From the NCBI GenBank assembly GCA_000993405.1, contig LBWB01000005.1, positions 3,698 through 67,697 of the forward strand: 64,000 nucleotides of DNA, written 5' to 3'. How positions within the stretch are numbered: position 1 is the first letter of the stretch; each line of letters starts with the position of its first letter. The DNA comes from Candidatus Woesebacteria bacterium GW2011_GWB1_39_12 (lineage in GTDB: Bacteria > Patescibacteriota > Microgenomatia > UBA8517). Below, piece after piece: positions 54,477 to 63,474 of the stretch. A model generated the notes under the pieces. It was given only the letters and a program-made list of their open reading frames with translations, searched no databases and had not been told where the DNA came from. A program made the position numbers and the translations under genes.

Positions 54477-54894
54477 TGTAAGAGTAACAGTAAGAGTGAG
54501 AGTATGTTTAGATTTCAAACATTGGAGGTTTGGAAAAAGGCTGTGGACTTTGCTGATTTAATGATTGAAATTGCGGATGCATTACCTCAAAAATATCAGT
54601 TTTCATTTGGTGACCAATTAAGACGTGCCGGATTATCTGTGCCTAATAATATAGCAGAAGGGAATGGAAGGAAATTTAAAAAAGAAGCAAGCCATTTGTA
54701 TAATATTTCTAAGGGATCACTTTATGAATGTATAAATATATTGGTAATTTTAAACAAAAGAAATCTCATTAATTGGAAGAAATTTAATCGTGAATATATC
54801 TATAAACTTGCAGAAGAAATTGCGAAGATGCTAACAGGTTTAATGAAAAAATAGGTTGTAATTTTTTATATTTACTCTTACACTTACTATTAGT
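54477..54894. repeat. Inverted hexamer-repeat arms enclosing the four-helix-bundle gene
   Basis: Left GTAAGA GTAACA GTAAGA GTGAGA (54478-54501); right TTTACT CTTACA CTTACT (54871-54888); 54477-54487 is the exact reverse complement of 54872-54882. Confidence 0.75.
54504..54854 (+). CDS. Four-helix-bundle protein (23S rRNA intervening-sequence protein family)
   Basis: FQTLEVWKKA..DQLRRAGLSVPNNIAEG..ISKGSLYEC. Confidence 0.92.
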   Translation: MFRFQTLEVWKKAVDFADLMIEIADALPQKYQFSFGDQLRRAGLSVPNNIAEGNGRKFKKEASHLYNISKGSLYECINILVILNKRNLINWKKFNREYIYKLAEEIAKMLTGLMKK

Positions 54895-56001
54895 ATGGTC
54901 AAGGTGGGAATAAATGGTTTTGGGAGAATCGGAAGGATTGCCTTCAGAATTGCGCTCCTTAAGCACACTTCAGAAGTGGAGGTTGCCGTAATTAATACCT
55001 CCGGATCGATGGAGGTGGATGGTTGGGCACATTTAACAAACTTCGATACTATGTATCGAAGATTCGAGTTCAAAGTGCAAAGTGAAAAGGTCAAAGATGC
55101 GAAGGAAACTACGGATGAGGATCCATTAATCGGTTATCTGTTAGTCGGCGAAAAAAATATAAAAGTTCCCATTTTGGCTCAAAAGGATCCAGCCAAGATT
55201 CCTTGGGGAAAGTATGGAGCTGATGTTGTAATTGAATCAACCGGGAAGTTTACGACAGAAGAAGATGCCAAAAAGCATGCAGTTGGCGGAGCAAAAAGAG
55301 TTGTAATTTCGGCTCCTGCAAAGGGAGGAAATGTTGGAACATACGTTATCGGGGTTAACGAGTACAAAGGCGAAGCTGAGGTTATAAATAATGCTTCCTG
55401 TACGACAAATTGTGTTGCGCCGGTTGCTGCAGTAATGCATTCTGCTTTTGGAATCGAAAAGGCAGCCATGACTACATCTCACTCTTATACCGACGATCAA
55501 AACTTACAGGACGGTTCGAGCCACGATCTAAGAAGGGCTAGGGCTGCAGCTATGAACATAGTTCCAACTACAACCGGGGCGGCTGTTGCAACAACTGAAA
55601 CAATACCTGAACTTAAAGGAATTTTCGATGGGATGGCACTCCGGGTTCCCACCGCAACAGGTTCGATAACGGATTTTGCATTTGTAGTTAAGAAAAACGT
55701 GACCGTAGAAGAAGTAAATAATGCTTTTAAAAAAGCAAGCGAGAACGCTATTTATAAAGGAATTTTGGCTGTAACCGACGAACCGCTTGTGTCCTCTGAC
55801 ATCATTGGTCGTGATGAATCTGCAATTGTCGATCTTTCTCTTACTCAAGTTGTCGGCGGAAACTTGGTTAAAGTTTTTGCTTGGTATGACAACGAGTGGG
55901 GGTATGCGAATAGACTCATTGAACAGGTAATTAGAGTAGGGCAAAGGTTGGATAGTAATAAAGCTCCAAGTGATCCAATAACACTTTCGTTTAAACAGTA
56001 A
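54895..56001 (+). CDS. gap: Glyceraldehyde-3-phosphate dehydrogenase, type I
   Basis: GINGFGRIGR, NASCTTNC, WYDNEWGY. Confidence 0.97.
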   Translation: MVKVGINGFGRIGRIAFRIALLKHTSEVEVAVINTSGSMEVDGWAHLTNFDTMYRRFEFKVQSEKVKDAKETTDEDPLIGYLLVGEKNIKVPILAQKDPAKIPWGKYGADVVIESTGKFTTEEDAKKHAVGGAKRVVISAPAKGGNVGTYVIGVNEYKGEAEVINNASCTTNCVAPVAAVMHSAFGIEKAAMTTSHSYTDDQNLQDGSSHDLRRARAAAMNIVPTTTGAAVATTETIPELKGIFDGMALRVPTATGSITDFAFVVKKNVTVEEVNNAFKKASENAIYKGILAVTDEPLVSSDIIGRDESAIVDLSLTQVVGGNLVKVFAWYDNEWGYANRLIEQVIRVGQRLDSNKAPSDPITLSFKQ

Positions 56002-56019
56002 AGATTGGAGGCGAGGTAA

Positions 56020-56262
56020 ATGAAAATAAATCAGGAAAATAACATCTTAAAAAATTTATCAGGTTATGGCAAATTATCAGTTATTTTAGGAATAATATCT
56101 ATTATTTCAATTCAAACTGTATTTATTACTACTGCAATTATAGTTGGACTTTTGACGTTCTTTTATTCTAGAAAGACGGGAAATAAAAGTGCTGCAAAAT
56201 GGGGGATAGCGGGCGCGATATTAGGATTAATAGGTCTCCTGTGGGGACTTGCTCCTATATAA
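56020..56262 (+). CDS. Small membrane protein (DUF4190-like)
   Basis: SVILGIISI..AIIVG..AKWGIAGAILG; GGAGG upstream. Confidence 0.55.
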   Translation: MKINQENNILKNLSGYGKLSVILGIISIISIQTVFITTAIIVGLLTFFYSRKTGNKSAAKWGIAGAILGLIGLLWGLAPI

Positions 56263-56275
56263 TAATTATAAGTTT

Positions 56276-56755
56276 ATGGCGGTTTTTACTCCCAAAGGTA
56301 GAAACGATTCGCACATTTTTGACTATTCGGAAATTACCAACCAAATCATTATTGGTTCTGATTTATGTAAAGGTGGAGTGTGTCTTATCCATGGAGAGGA
56401 ATTTAAAAGATTGGGGGTTCAGATAGAAATAAATTTGAGTCAGGAAAATAATGAATTGCCTCCGAAAGATATAGAAACTTATCTTTGGATCCCAGTTGTG
56501 GATGGATATTCTCCTACGGTTGGACAGCTGGAAATTGGAACATGTTTAATGGATACCGCAATTTCCCAGGGTAAAAAAGTTTTTGTTCATTGTAAAAACG
56601 GACATGCCAGAAGCCCCACCTTGGTTGCAGCTTATCTGATAAAACATCAAGGGATGAGTGTTGAAGACGCACTAAAACTGATTAACGAAAAACGTCCCGA
56701 GTCGCACATCGAAAAATCCCAAAGGAAAGTTCTGGAAGAATTTGCAGCAAAATGA
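56276..56755 (+). CDS. Dual-specificity/tyrosine phosphatase family protein
   Basis: VFVHCKNGHARSPTLVAAYL (CX5R). Confidence 0.9.
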   Translation: MAVFTPKGRNDSHIFDYSEITNQIIIGSDLCKGGVCLIHGEEFKRLGVQIEINLSQENNELPPKDIETYLWIPVVDGYSPTVGQLEIGTCLMDTAISQGKKVFVHCKNGHARSPTLVAAYLIKHQGMSVEDALKLINEKRPESHIEKSQRKVLEEFAAK

Positions 56756-57408
56756 TACAAATTATTCCCTCTATTCTGACAAACAACCCGAACGAATTAC
56801 AGGAAAAGCTTACCCTTTGTGAAGGTCTGGTAGAGAGAGTTTCAATCGATATTATTGACGGGAAGTTTGCAGACAATAAAACAATTGACCCCATCATATT
56901 ATTTGATCTGGATACAAGTTTGAAAATCGACTACCAACTAATGGTTTATGAACCCGTTAATTGGATTGAAAGGTGCGTAAGAGGTCAAGCAGATAGGATA
57001 ATAGGACACATTGAGCAGATGAGCGATCAGGTTGAATTTGTAGGTAAGGTTCAGGAGGTTGGTTTATCTATTGGACTTGCGCTTGATATTGAGACGAGTG
57101 TTGCAAAGATTGACCCGACAATTCTAACTAATCTTGATGTTGTCTTGGTGATGAGTGTAAAAGCGGGCTTTGGGGGTCAGGAATTTGACAAACGAGCTAT
57201 TAACAAAATAAGAGAGCTTGACGAGATACGCGCGAGGGATGATTCGCCCTATAGAATTCAAGACGACGGTGGTATAACTTTGGAAAGTATTTATAATGTG
57301 CATAAGATTGGAGTCGATGAAGTTTCAATTGGCAGAAAACTGTTTGATGGAGATTTAGCAAAAAATCTGGCTAAATTTCAGAAAGCAGCACACAATATAA
57401 AGCAATAG
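56752..57408 (+). CDS. rpe: Ribulose-phosphate 3-epimerase (divergent metal site)
   Basis: IIPSIL, IDIIDGKF, LVMSVKAGFGGQEF, DGGI. Confidence 0.85.
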   Translation: MIQIIPSILTNNPNELQEKLTLCEGLVERVSIDIIDGKFADNKTIDPIILFDLDTSLKIDYQLMVYEPVNWIERCVRGQADRIIGHIEQMSDQVEFVGKVQEVGLSIGLALDIETSVAKIDPTILTNLDVVLVMSVKAGFGGQEFDKRAINKIRELDEIRARDDSPYRIQDDGGITLESIYNVHKIGVDEVSIGRKLFDGDLAKNLAKFQKAAHNIKQ

Positions 57409-57468
57409 CTATATAGTTAAATGGTTAAATAGTTTTTTAGCCATTCAGCTATATAACAATTTAACTAT
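57405..57468. repeat. Octamer-repeat hairpin between rpe and the LOG gene
   Basis: ATAGCTAT ATAGTTAA ATGGTTAA paired with TTAGCCAT TCAGCTAT ATAACAAT TTAACTAT. Confidence 0.85.
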
Positions 57469-57476
57469 TTTTTATT

Positions 57477-58106
57477 ATGGATGATCATCTACCAAAGCCA
57501 CTAATAAAAAATATTGCTTTTTTTGGTGATTCACACATTCCTGAGGAGAATCCTGTCTATGAGGACGCATATGAAATCGCCAAAACGTTGGCAGAAGAAG
57601 GGTTTACTATTGTCGATGGAGGAGGGCCGGGTGTAATGGACGCTGCAACGAAGGGAGCGGAAGCAGCTAATGGTGAAACTATTGCGGTTACCTTTTATCC
57701 AAAAGATGCCCCCGGTTTTGAGGGAAGGTACGTAGGTAATATTGTCGATAAAGAAATAAAAACAACAAATTATATTGATAGGATGTTTAAGCTTATGGAA
57801 CATGCCGATCTCTATATAATTTTTAAGGGAGGATCAGGTACTATAAGTGAGTTTGGGACGGCTTGGGTTTTGGCAAAACTTTATTATGGACATCATAAAC
57901 CCTTCATTCTTTATGGAAATTTTTGGCACGAAGTTATATCAGTCATTAAAAAAAATATGTTAATAGATGAAACCGAGCTGGGCGTATTTCGTATAGTAAG
58001 TAAAAAAGAGGATATTGTCCCAGCAATAAAGTTGTTCGAAGAAGAGATGAAAAAGGTAAAACACGAGCACGAAAAGAACCACGAAGGCAAGGCATATATG
58101 AAATAA
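57477..58106 (+). CDS. LOG family protein
   Basis: DGGGPGVMDAATKGA, FKGGSGTISEF. Confidence 0.85.
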   Translation: MDDHLPKPLIKNIAFFGDSHIPEENPVYEDAYEIAKTLAEEGFTIVDGGGPGVMDAATKGAEAANGETIAVTFYPKDAPGFEGRYVGNIVDKEIKTTNYIDRMFKLMEHADLYIIFKGGSGTISEFGTAWVLAKLYYGHHKPFILYGNFWHEVISVIKKNMLIDETELGVFRIVSKKEDIVPAIKLFEEEMKKVKHEHEKNHEGKAYMK

Positions 58107-58958
58107 ATGGATTATTCGATTGAAGAACTTCAAACAAAAGCTAACGACATAAGACAAGACATTATAAAAATGCTTCTTGAGGCAGGGAGCGGGCATTCTG
58201 CGGGACCTCTGGGAATGGCGGATGTTTTTACCGCTTTGTATTTCGGGGGAGTAATGGACTACGACCCTAAAAATCCGAAATGGGAAGAGCGCGACAGATT
58301 AATTCTTTCAAATGGTCATATCTGTCCGGTTTTGTATGCAACACTAGCTCACGCAGGATATTTTCCACATGAGGAATTGATGACTTTAAGGAAACTAGGG
58401 AGCCGACTTCAGGGACATCCGGAAAGAGAAAGATTGCCGGGAATTGAAACAACATCAGGTCCTCTTGGATCGGGGTTGGCCCAAGCTTCGGGTTATGCAT
58501 ACGCTTCTCGGATGGATTCTAAAAAGTTCAGAGTTTTTTGCTTAACAAGCGACGCAGAACATCAGGAAGGTAATCACTGGGAGGCAGTAGCTTTTGCCGG
58601 GAAATATAATCTGTCGAATTTAACTGCTTTCGTTGACAGAAACAATATTCAGATATCGGGTTTTACCGAAGATGTAATGCCGCTTGAGCCTTTGAAAGCA
58701 AAATATGAAGCCTTTAACTGGAACGTTTTAGAAGTTGACGGACACAATATTGAGGCGATTATTGACGCCGTTAATATGGCAAAAGCAATAGCCGAAAACC
58801 CGACTGTAATAATCTGCCACACGATTCCCGGAAAAGGAGTTGATTTTATGGAAGGAAAGTGGGAATGGCATGGTAAGGCACCGAATCCTGAAGAAGCTAA
58901 AAAAGCATTAAACGAATTAAGAACTTTGCAAGGAAAGATTAAAAGTGAACATGAATAA
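58107..58958 (+). CDS. Transketolase, N-terminal (TPP-binding) subunit
   Basis: SGHSAGPL, DRLILSNGH, LQGHP, SDAEHQEG..WEA, IPGKG..WHGK. Confidence 0.95.
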   Translation: MDYSIEELQTKANDIRQDIIKMLLEAGSGHSAGPLGMADVFTALYFGGVMDYDPKNPKWEERDRLILSNGHICPVLYATLAHAGYFPHEELMTLRKLGSRLQGHPERERLPGIETTSGPLGSGLAQASGYAYASRMDSKKFRVFCLTSDAEHQEGNHWEAVAFAGKYNLSNLTAFVDRNNIQISGFTEDVMPLEPLKAKYEAFNWNVLEVDGHNIEAIIDAVNMAKAIAENPTVIICHTIPGKGVDFMEGKWEWHGKAPNPEEAKKALNELRTLQGKIKSEHE

Positions 58959-58961
58959 TTT

Positions 58962-58996
58962 TAGGCACTAGGCATTAGCGACTAGGCACTAGTTAA
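58962..58996 (+). repeat. Heptamer tandem repeat after the transketolase N gene
   Basis: TAGGCAC TAGGCAT TAGCGAC TAGGCAC TAGTTAA. Confidence 0.75.
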
Positions 58997-59035
58997 AAAT
59001 GCTAAGGTCAAAATTGCGTTGTTGATTAAAATTGT

Positions 59036-59290
59036 ATGTTTAAGGCTAAAGCGTTTGTAGTAATTCAAATTCTATTATTATCATTTTCAATTATTGGATT
59101 GTTAATGTGGGATTTTGGTTTTTTTGAAGGGATGTTTGGTTGCTTCTATTGTCCCCCTGGGGCGCGATGTATTTTCGGCGTAAATATAATTTGTTCAGTT
59201 GTTGGTAAGTTTATTTTTATTATATTTGGAGCTTTATGGGTTATTTATTCAATCATATATTTAAGCAAACAATCTATTCATAGAGAATAG
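59036..59290 (+). CDS. Small two-TM protein with CxxCPPGxxC loop, between the transketolase halves
   Basis: 84-aa AT-rich ORF. Confidence 0.55.
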   Translation: MFKAKAFVVIQILLLSFSIIGLLMWDFGFFEGMFGCFYCPPGARCIFGVNIICSVVGKFIFIIFGALWVIYSIIYLSKQSIHRE

Positions 59291-59307
59291 TAATAATATA
59301 TTTGAAT

Positions 59308-60363
59308 ATGCTTAACAAGGAGCTAAAGTTATCAGACAAGATTTTTTCTAAAGAAATTGATAAGGTTCCGACGAGGAATGGGTACGGAGAGGGGTTAGTG
59401 GAGGCAGGAGAGAAAGATGAGAGAGTTGTGGTTTTGAGCGCTGATGTTGGGGAATCGACACGAGCATTTTACTTCAAGGAGAAATTTCCTGAAAGATATA
59501 TCGAAGTTGGTGTTGCCGAGCAGGCAATGGCAACAATCGCTGGCGGAATGGTAAATTACGGCAAAATTCCCTTTATTTCTTCCTACGCGACCTTTTCTCC
59601 CGGAAGGAATTGGGAACAAATAAGAACAACAATTGCCTTAAATGACGTACCGGTAAAGATTGCAGGAGCTCATGCGGGTATCTCCGTTGGCCCTGACGGA
59701 GCAACACACCAGGCACTTGAAGACATTGCAATTATGCGGGCAATGCCGAATATGATTGTTATTGCTCCTTGTGATTCCATTGAAACAAAAAAAGCTACTA
59801 TTGAAGCCGCAAAAAACGGAAAACCGACATATATTCGTTTCGCCCGAGAAGCGACACCTGTTTTTACTACCGAAGACACACCTTTTGAGATAGGGAAGGC
59901 GCTCATCCTGTGGGACTCGCTTAAAATTTCCAATTTCCAAATTCCAATTTCCAATGAAATTCAAAATTCAAAATTCAAAATTCAAAATTCTTGCGCAATC
60001 ATTGCTTGTGGTCCTCTGGTTTACGAAGCGCTACTTGCGGCCAAGGAACTGGAAGAGCAAGAGATTGGCGCGATTGTAGTTAATTGTCATACGATTAAAC
60101 CTATTGATGAAGAAACAATAATTTCAGCTGCCAAAAAATGCGGCGCGGTTGTTACAGTTGAGGAACATCAGGTAATCGGAGGCTTAGGAGGAGCTGTTGC
60201 GGAAGTTTTAGCTAGAAATTATCCGACCCCCATGGAATTTATCGGCATGCCTGACTCTTTTGGTGAATCAGGTGACCCAGACGAACTTTTAGAGAAGTAT
60301 GGAATGAAGTCAAAAGACATAGTCGAGGCAGTAAAGAAAGTTATAAGAAGAAAACAAAATTAA
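59308..60363 (+). CDS. Transketolase, C-terminal subunit, with in-frame heptamer-repeat insertion
   Basis: EVGVAEQ, GPDGATHQALED, VTVEEHQ..GGLG; insert at 59924-59990. Confidence 0.95.
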   Translation: MLNKELKLSDKIFSKEIDKVPTRNGYGEGLVEAGEKDERVVVLSADVGESTRAFYFKEKFPERYIEVGVAEQAMATIAGGMVNYGKIPFISSYATFSPGRNWEQIRTTIALNDVPVKIAGAHAGISVGPDGATHQALEDIAIMRAMPNMIVIAPCDSIETKKATIEAAKNGKPTYIRFAREATPVFTTEDTPFEIGKALILWDSLKISNFQIPISNEIQNSKFKIQNSCAIIACGPLVYEALLAAKELEEQEIGAIVVNCHTIKPIDEETIISAAKKCGAVVTVEEHQVIGGLGGAVAEVLARNYPTPMEFIGMPDSFGESGDPDELLEKYGMKSKDIVEAVKKVIRRKQN

Positions 60364-61319
60364 TTTGATAACTTGACTTCTGTTTTTCTTTTTTTCAGCC
60401 ACCTTCTAAGAAATATATATATAGCCAGGACTGGAACCCAGATGACTGTGTAGACTCCGACCCATATCGCAAAAGTTGCGATATTTCTTAAGAACCCAAT
60501 GAGAGATCGCACTGCCAGTTTAAAGATTACGCCAGGCCTGAAGGTCTCGCTTGGTTGGTATGGAAGCGCAATTTCATCGGTTGAAATATAAATTGTAAGT
60601 TTTGCAAGCTCGGCGTTTTTCTCCAAAGCATCTTGCTGACCTTTTAATGTATCAATTTGATTTTGGTAAGAAAGAACTTGCTGTGTCAGATTGGTAATAT
60701 CAGTTATTTGGGTTGCTTGATCAAGAATAGTCTCTAATCTCGCTTTTGTTCGTTCAATCTGGGCAATGCGGGTATCGATATCGATATATTGATCCGTAAC
60801 GTCGTGCCCCACTAAATTTTCCGAAACAACCTTTACGGACAACGAATGGAAATATTTCAGCGAGTCTTCCAAGTCTCTCGATGGAACTCTCACAATAACC
60901 GTAGCAGTGGGCGCGTCCTGAGGATTGGAAACATTTGAAGAAACCATATAACCACCTTTTTGTTGAGCATAGGAAACGATTTTATTTCGGACATCGGTAA
61001 CATCCTTCACAAGAAGTGAAAGACTTGACTCTTGTACGACAAGTCTGTCTTTAACGTCGGGTTGTGGTGCATAGTCTTGTTGATACTGTGGCATAAGAGA
61101 AGGCGACGAGATTCCTGCTGCAGGAGCGTCGAAAGAGCCACCGGGTGAAATACCAACAGTACCACCACTTCCGTATTGACTTTTGGATGTATTTGGAATG
61201 TCCAATGAAAGAATATTTACGCCAAAAAAGACTTTAAATAAGTTTAAAAGAAGATAGACAACAACAAGGAGAGCAATGGTCAAAAACCTATTTCGCTTTA
61301 CCCACTCAACTACTTTCAT
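60360..61319 (-). CDS. DUF4349 domain membrane protein
   Basis: GGYMVSS..IVRVPS..DVTDQYIDIDTRI; C-terminal TM. Confidence 0.85.
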   Translation of the reverse strand: MKVVEWVKRNRFLTIALLVVVYLLLNLFKVFFGVNILSLDIPNTSKSQYGSGGTVGISPGGSFDAPAAGISSPSLMPQYQQDYAPQPDVKDRLVVQESSLSLLVKDVTDVRNKIVSYAQQKGGYMVSSNVSNPQDAPTATVIVRVPSRDLEDSLKYFHSLSVKVVSENLVGHDVTDQYIDIDTRIAQIERTKARLETILDQATQITDITNLTQQVLSYQNQIDTLKGQQDALEKNAELAKLTIYISTDEIALPYQPSETFRPGVIFKLAVRSLIGFLRNIATFAIWVGVYTVIWVPVLAIYIFLRRWLKKRKTEVKLSN

Positions 61320-61396
61320 TAGTTAGATTATGGATCTTTGAGAAGATGTGTGTCAATGATTTAAGTAATCCTAATCAGTAAATTCAAAAGCTATAG

Positions 61397-61442
61397 CCCT
61401 GAGTCAAATCGAAAGGTTATAACCCTGAGCCTAGTCGAAGGG
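61397..61442 (+). repeat. Two tandem REP-like CCCTGAGY..TCGAARGG units
   Basis: CCCTGAGTCAAATCGAAAGG and CCCTGAGCCTAGTCGAAGGG; reverse-complement relatives at 33670-33694 and 35144-35163. Confidence 0.7.
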
Positions 61443-62349
61443 TGGAGAGGATTTGATTAAAAATTTCTTCATTTTTTATATTAGGCGTATTCGGACCAAG
61501 ATTATATAAAGTAAACCTGTAAGTATTAGAATTGTTATATAGAAAAATATGTCGGCCGAAATCCATACAACATCCGCCATAGGTTTGAAAAGCAGGTTTT
61601 CCGGCAATTAATATTTGCTTTTCGAATTTGTAATCATCACTGGTTTTTTGAGTACATTGGGTGGGTGTTTGTGAACTACATGAATTCATGAATGATTGAA
61701 ATGTTTCTAATGCGTCATCTTCAGTTATTACGAGAGAATTGTTTTTTTCAACCTTGATCCAAATAATTCCTGGACTTGTAGTGCTGTCAGCACTGACATC
61801 TGGAGGTAAAAATGACACAAAATCGTAAGATATACTATTACTTTCTTTGAACGTCCACGAAGACGGATATTTTACTTCATAGGTATATTTTGCATTTTTG
61901 TAGGTTTTCCAATCTTCCGGAATAATATTATCCGAATTACTTGATTGATTACCCTCAATTTCCAGAAGTTTTTGTTCTTCTTCTGAGAGTGGTTGGATGA
62001 ACTCTTTATTGTCTTTTGTAACACATACCGCGGGATAGCTTTCGCGGATAATACTCCCTTTGGTTTTTGTGCAGTCTTCAAAATTTTGCGGGATTTTTGG
62101 TTTGTTAACCTTTTGGTAGGCAATGAAAAAGGCGGCGCCAAAAAGAAAAATCATTAGGAATGTCGATAAGCCCATGGAGACAACCGGCGAAGTAAATATT
62201 TTTACAAACCAATCAGAACTTTTCTTACTACCGGTGATCGTCAGATCTTCCTGCAAGATGACATCGTTTAGGTCCTGACTCTTATTTTGTGTGGGGGGGG
62301 GCATAAGTTTCTTGATTCTCATTATCATATAAAAGATTAAGAGTTTCAA
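61417..62349 (-). CDS. Single-TM hypothetical protein with PsbP-like extracellular domain (start uncertain)
   Basis: NFEDC..ESYPAVC module; WKTYKN..YEVKYPSSW..IFNQILST. Confidence 0.6.
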   Translation of the reverse strand: MKLLIFYMIMRIKKLMPPPTQNKSQDLNDVILQEDLTITGSKKSSDWFVKIFTSPVVSMGLSTFLMIFLFGAAFFIAYQKVNKPKIPQNFEDCTKTKGSIIRESYPAVCVTKDNKEFIQPLSEEEQKLLEIEGNQSSNSDNIIPEDWKTYKNAKYTYEVKYPSSWTFKESNSISYDFVSFLPPDVSADSTTSPGIIWIKVEKNNSLVITEDDALETFQSFMNSCSSQTPTQCTQKTSDDYKFEKQILIAGKPAFQTYGGCCMDFGRHIFLYNNSNTYRFTLYNLGPNTPNIKNEEIFNQILSTLRLGSGL

Positions 62350-62379
62350 CGCGAGTAGAGTTTATGGTAAATTGGAAGT

Positions 62380-63399
62380 ATGAATATTGATGTTCTTAAG
62401 TCTACCGCCAAAGAACTTGTCGCTCCTGGGAAGGGAATTTTAGCGGCTGACGAAAGCACTGGTTCGATTAAAAAGAGATTTGATGCAGTTAGTGTTGAAT
62501 CAACTCCCGAAAACCACAGAATATATAGACAGCTTATATTTAAGACTGAAGGAATCGAGGAATATATCTCTGGAGTCATTATGTTTGACGAAACAATTCG
62601 TCAGTTGACCGACGATGGAGTTCCATTCCCTAAATCTTTGCAAGATAGAGGTATTATTCCCGGAATAAAAGTTGATACTGGTGCAAAAGATATGGCGAAT
62701 TTCCCGGGAGAAAAAATTACGGAAGGCCTTGATGGACTTCGCGAAAGACTTACCGAATATAAAGAAATGGGCGCACGATTCACAAAATGGAGAGCTGTTA
62801 TTGCAATCGGTGATGTTATACCGATTAAGACTTGTATCGAATCAAATGCCGAAGCTTTGGCGCGTTTTGCAGCTCTTTCTCAAGAGGCCGATCTTGTGCC
62901 AATAGTTGAACCCGAAGTTTTAATGGATGGAAACCATGATATTAAAAAAAGTGAGGAAGTTACTTACAAGACATTGAAATCGGTTTTTGCCAAGCTATCT
63001 GAACATAGAGTTGATTTCTCGGGAATGTTATTAAAGCCTAATTGGATTCATCCTGGAAAAGAAAGTGGTCAGGAGGCTGTCGATGATGAAATTGCAGAGA
63101 CAACTCTTCGCGTATTTAAAGATGTGATTCCTGTCGAGGTCCAGGGAATAGTTTTTCTTTCAGGAGGAGATTCACCCGAAGAATCAACGGGTCACCTTAA
63201 TGCATTGAATAAAATGGGGGACGCGCCGTGGCAGATATCGTTTTCCTTTGGAAGAGCCCTTCAAAAACCCGTGTTAGAAAAATGGGGAGGGAAAAGTGAA
63301 AATGTTGAGAATGCACAGAAAGAATTTTATAAAAGAGCTAAACTTAATTCATTAGCAAGAAGTGGAAAGTATGAGAAGGAGATGGAGAAAGAGGATTAA
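62380..63399 (+). CDS. fba: Fructose-bisphosphate aldolase, class I
   Basis: GKGILAADES, GIKVDTG, KWRAV, PIVEPEVLMDG, FLSGG, FSFGRALQ. Confidence 0.95.
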   Translation: MNIDVLKSTAKELVAPGKGILAADESTGSIKKRFDAVSVESTPENHRIYRQLIFKTEGIEEYISGVIMFDETIRQLTDDGVPFPKSLQDRGIIPGIKVDTGAKDMANFPGEKITEGLDGLRERLTEYKEMGARFTKWRAVIAIGDVIPIKTCIESNAEALARFAALSQEADLVPIVEPEVLMDGNHDIKKSEEVTYKTLKSVFAKLSEHRVDFSGMLLKPNWIHPGKESGQEAVDDEIAETTLRVFKDVIPVEVQGIVFLSGGDSPEESTGHLNALNKMGDAPWQISFSFGRALQKPVLEKWGGKSENVENAQKEFYKRAKLNSLARSGKYEKEMEKED

Positions 63400-63474
63400 T
63401 AGCTAGATGGTTATATGGTTAAATTGTTATATTGTTAACTGTTTTGCCATTTAGCAATATAGCCATGCAGCAAT
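63399..63474. repeat. Octamer-repeat hairpin between fba and the PfkB gene
   Basis: ATAGCTAG ATGGTTAT ATGGTTAA ATTGTTAT ATTGTTAA paired with TTTGCCAT TTAGCAAT ATAGCCAT GCAGCAAT; contains the next ATG. Confidence 0.85.

Noticed and set aside
54504-54854. Diversity-generating retroelement (Avd-like gene)
   Set aside because: No reverse transcriptase and no TR/VR pair differing at adenines visible in the window
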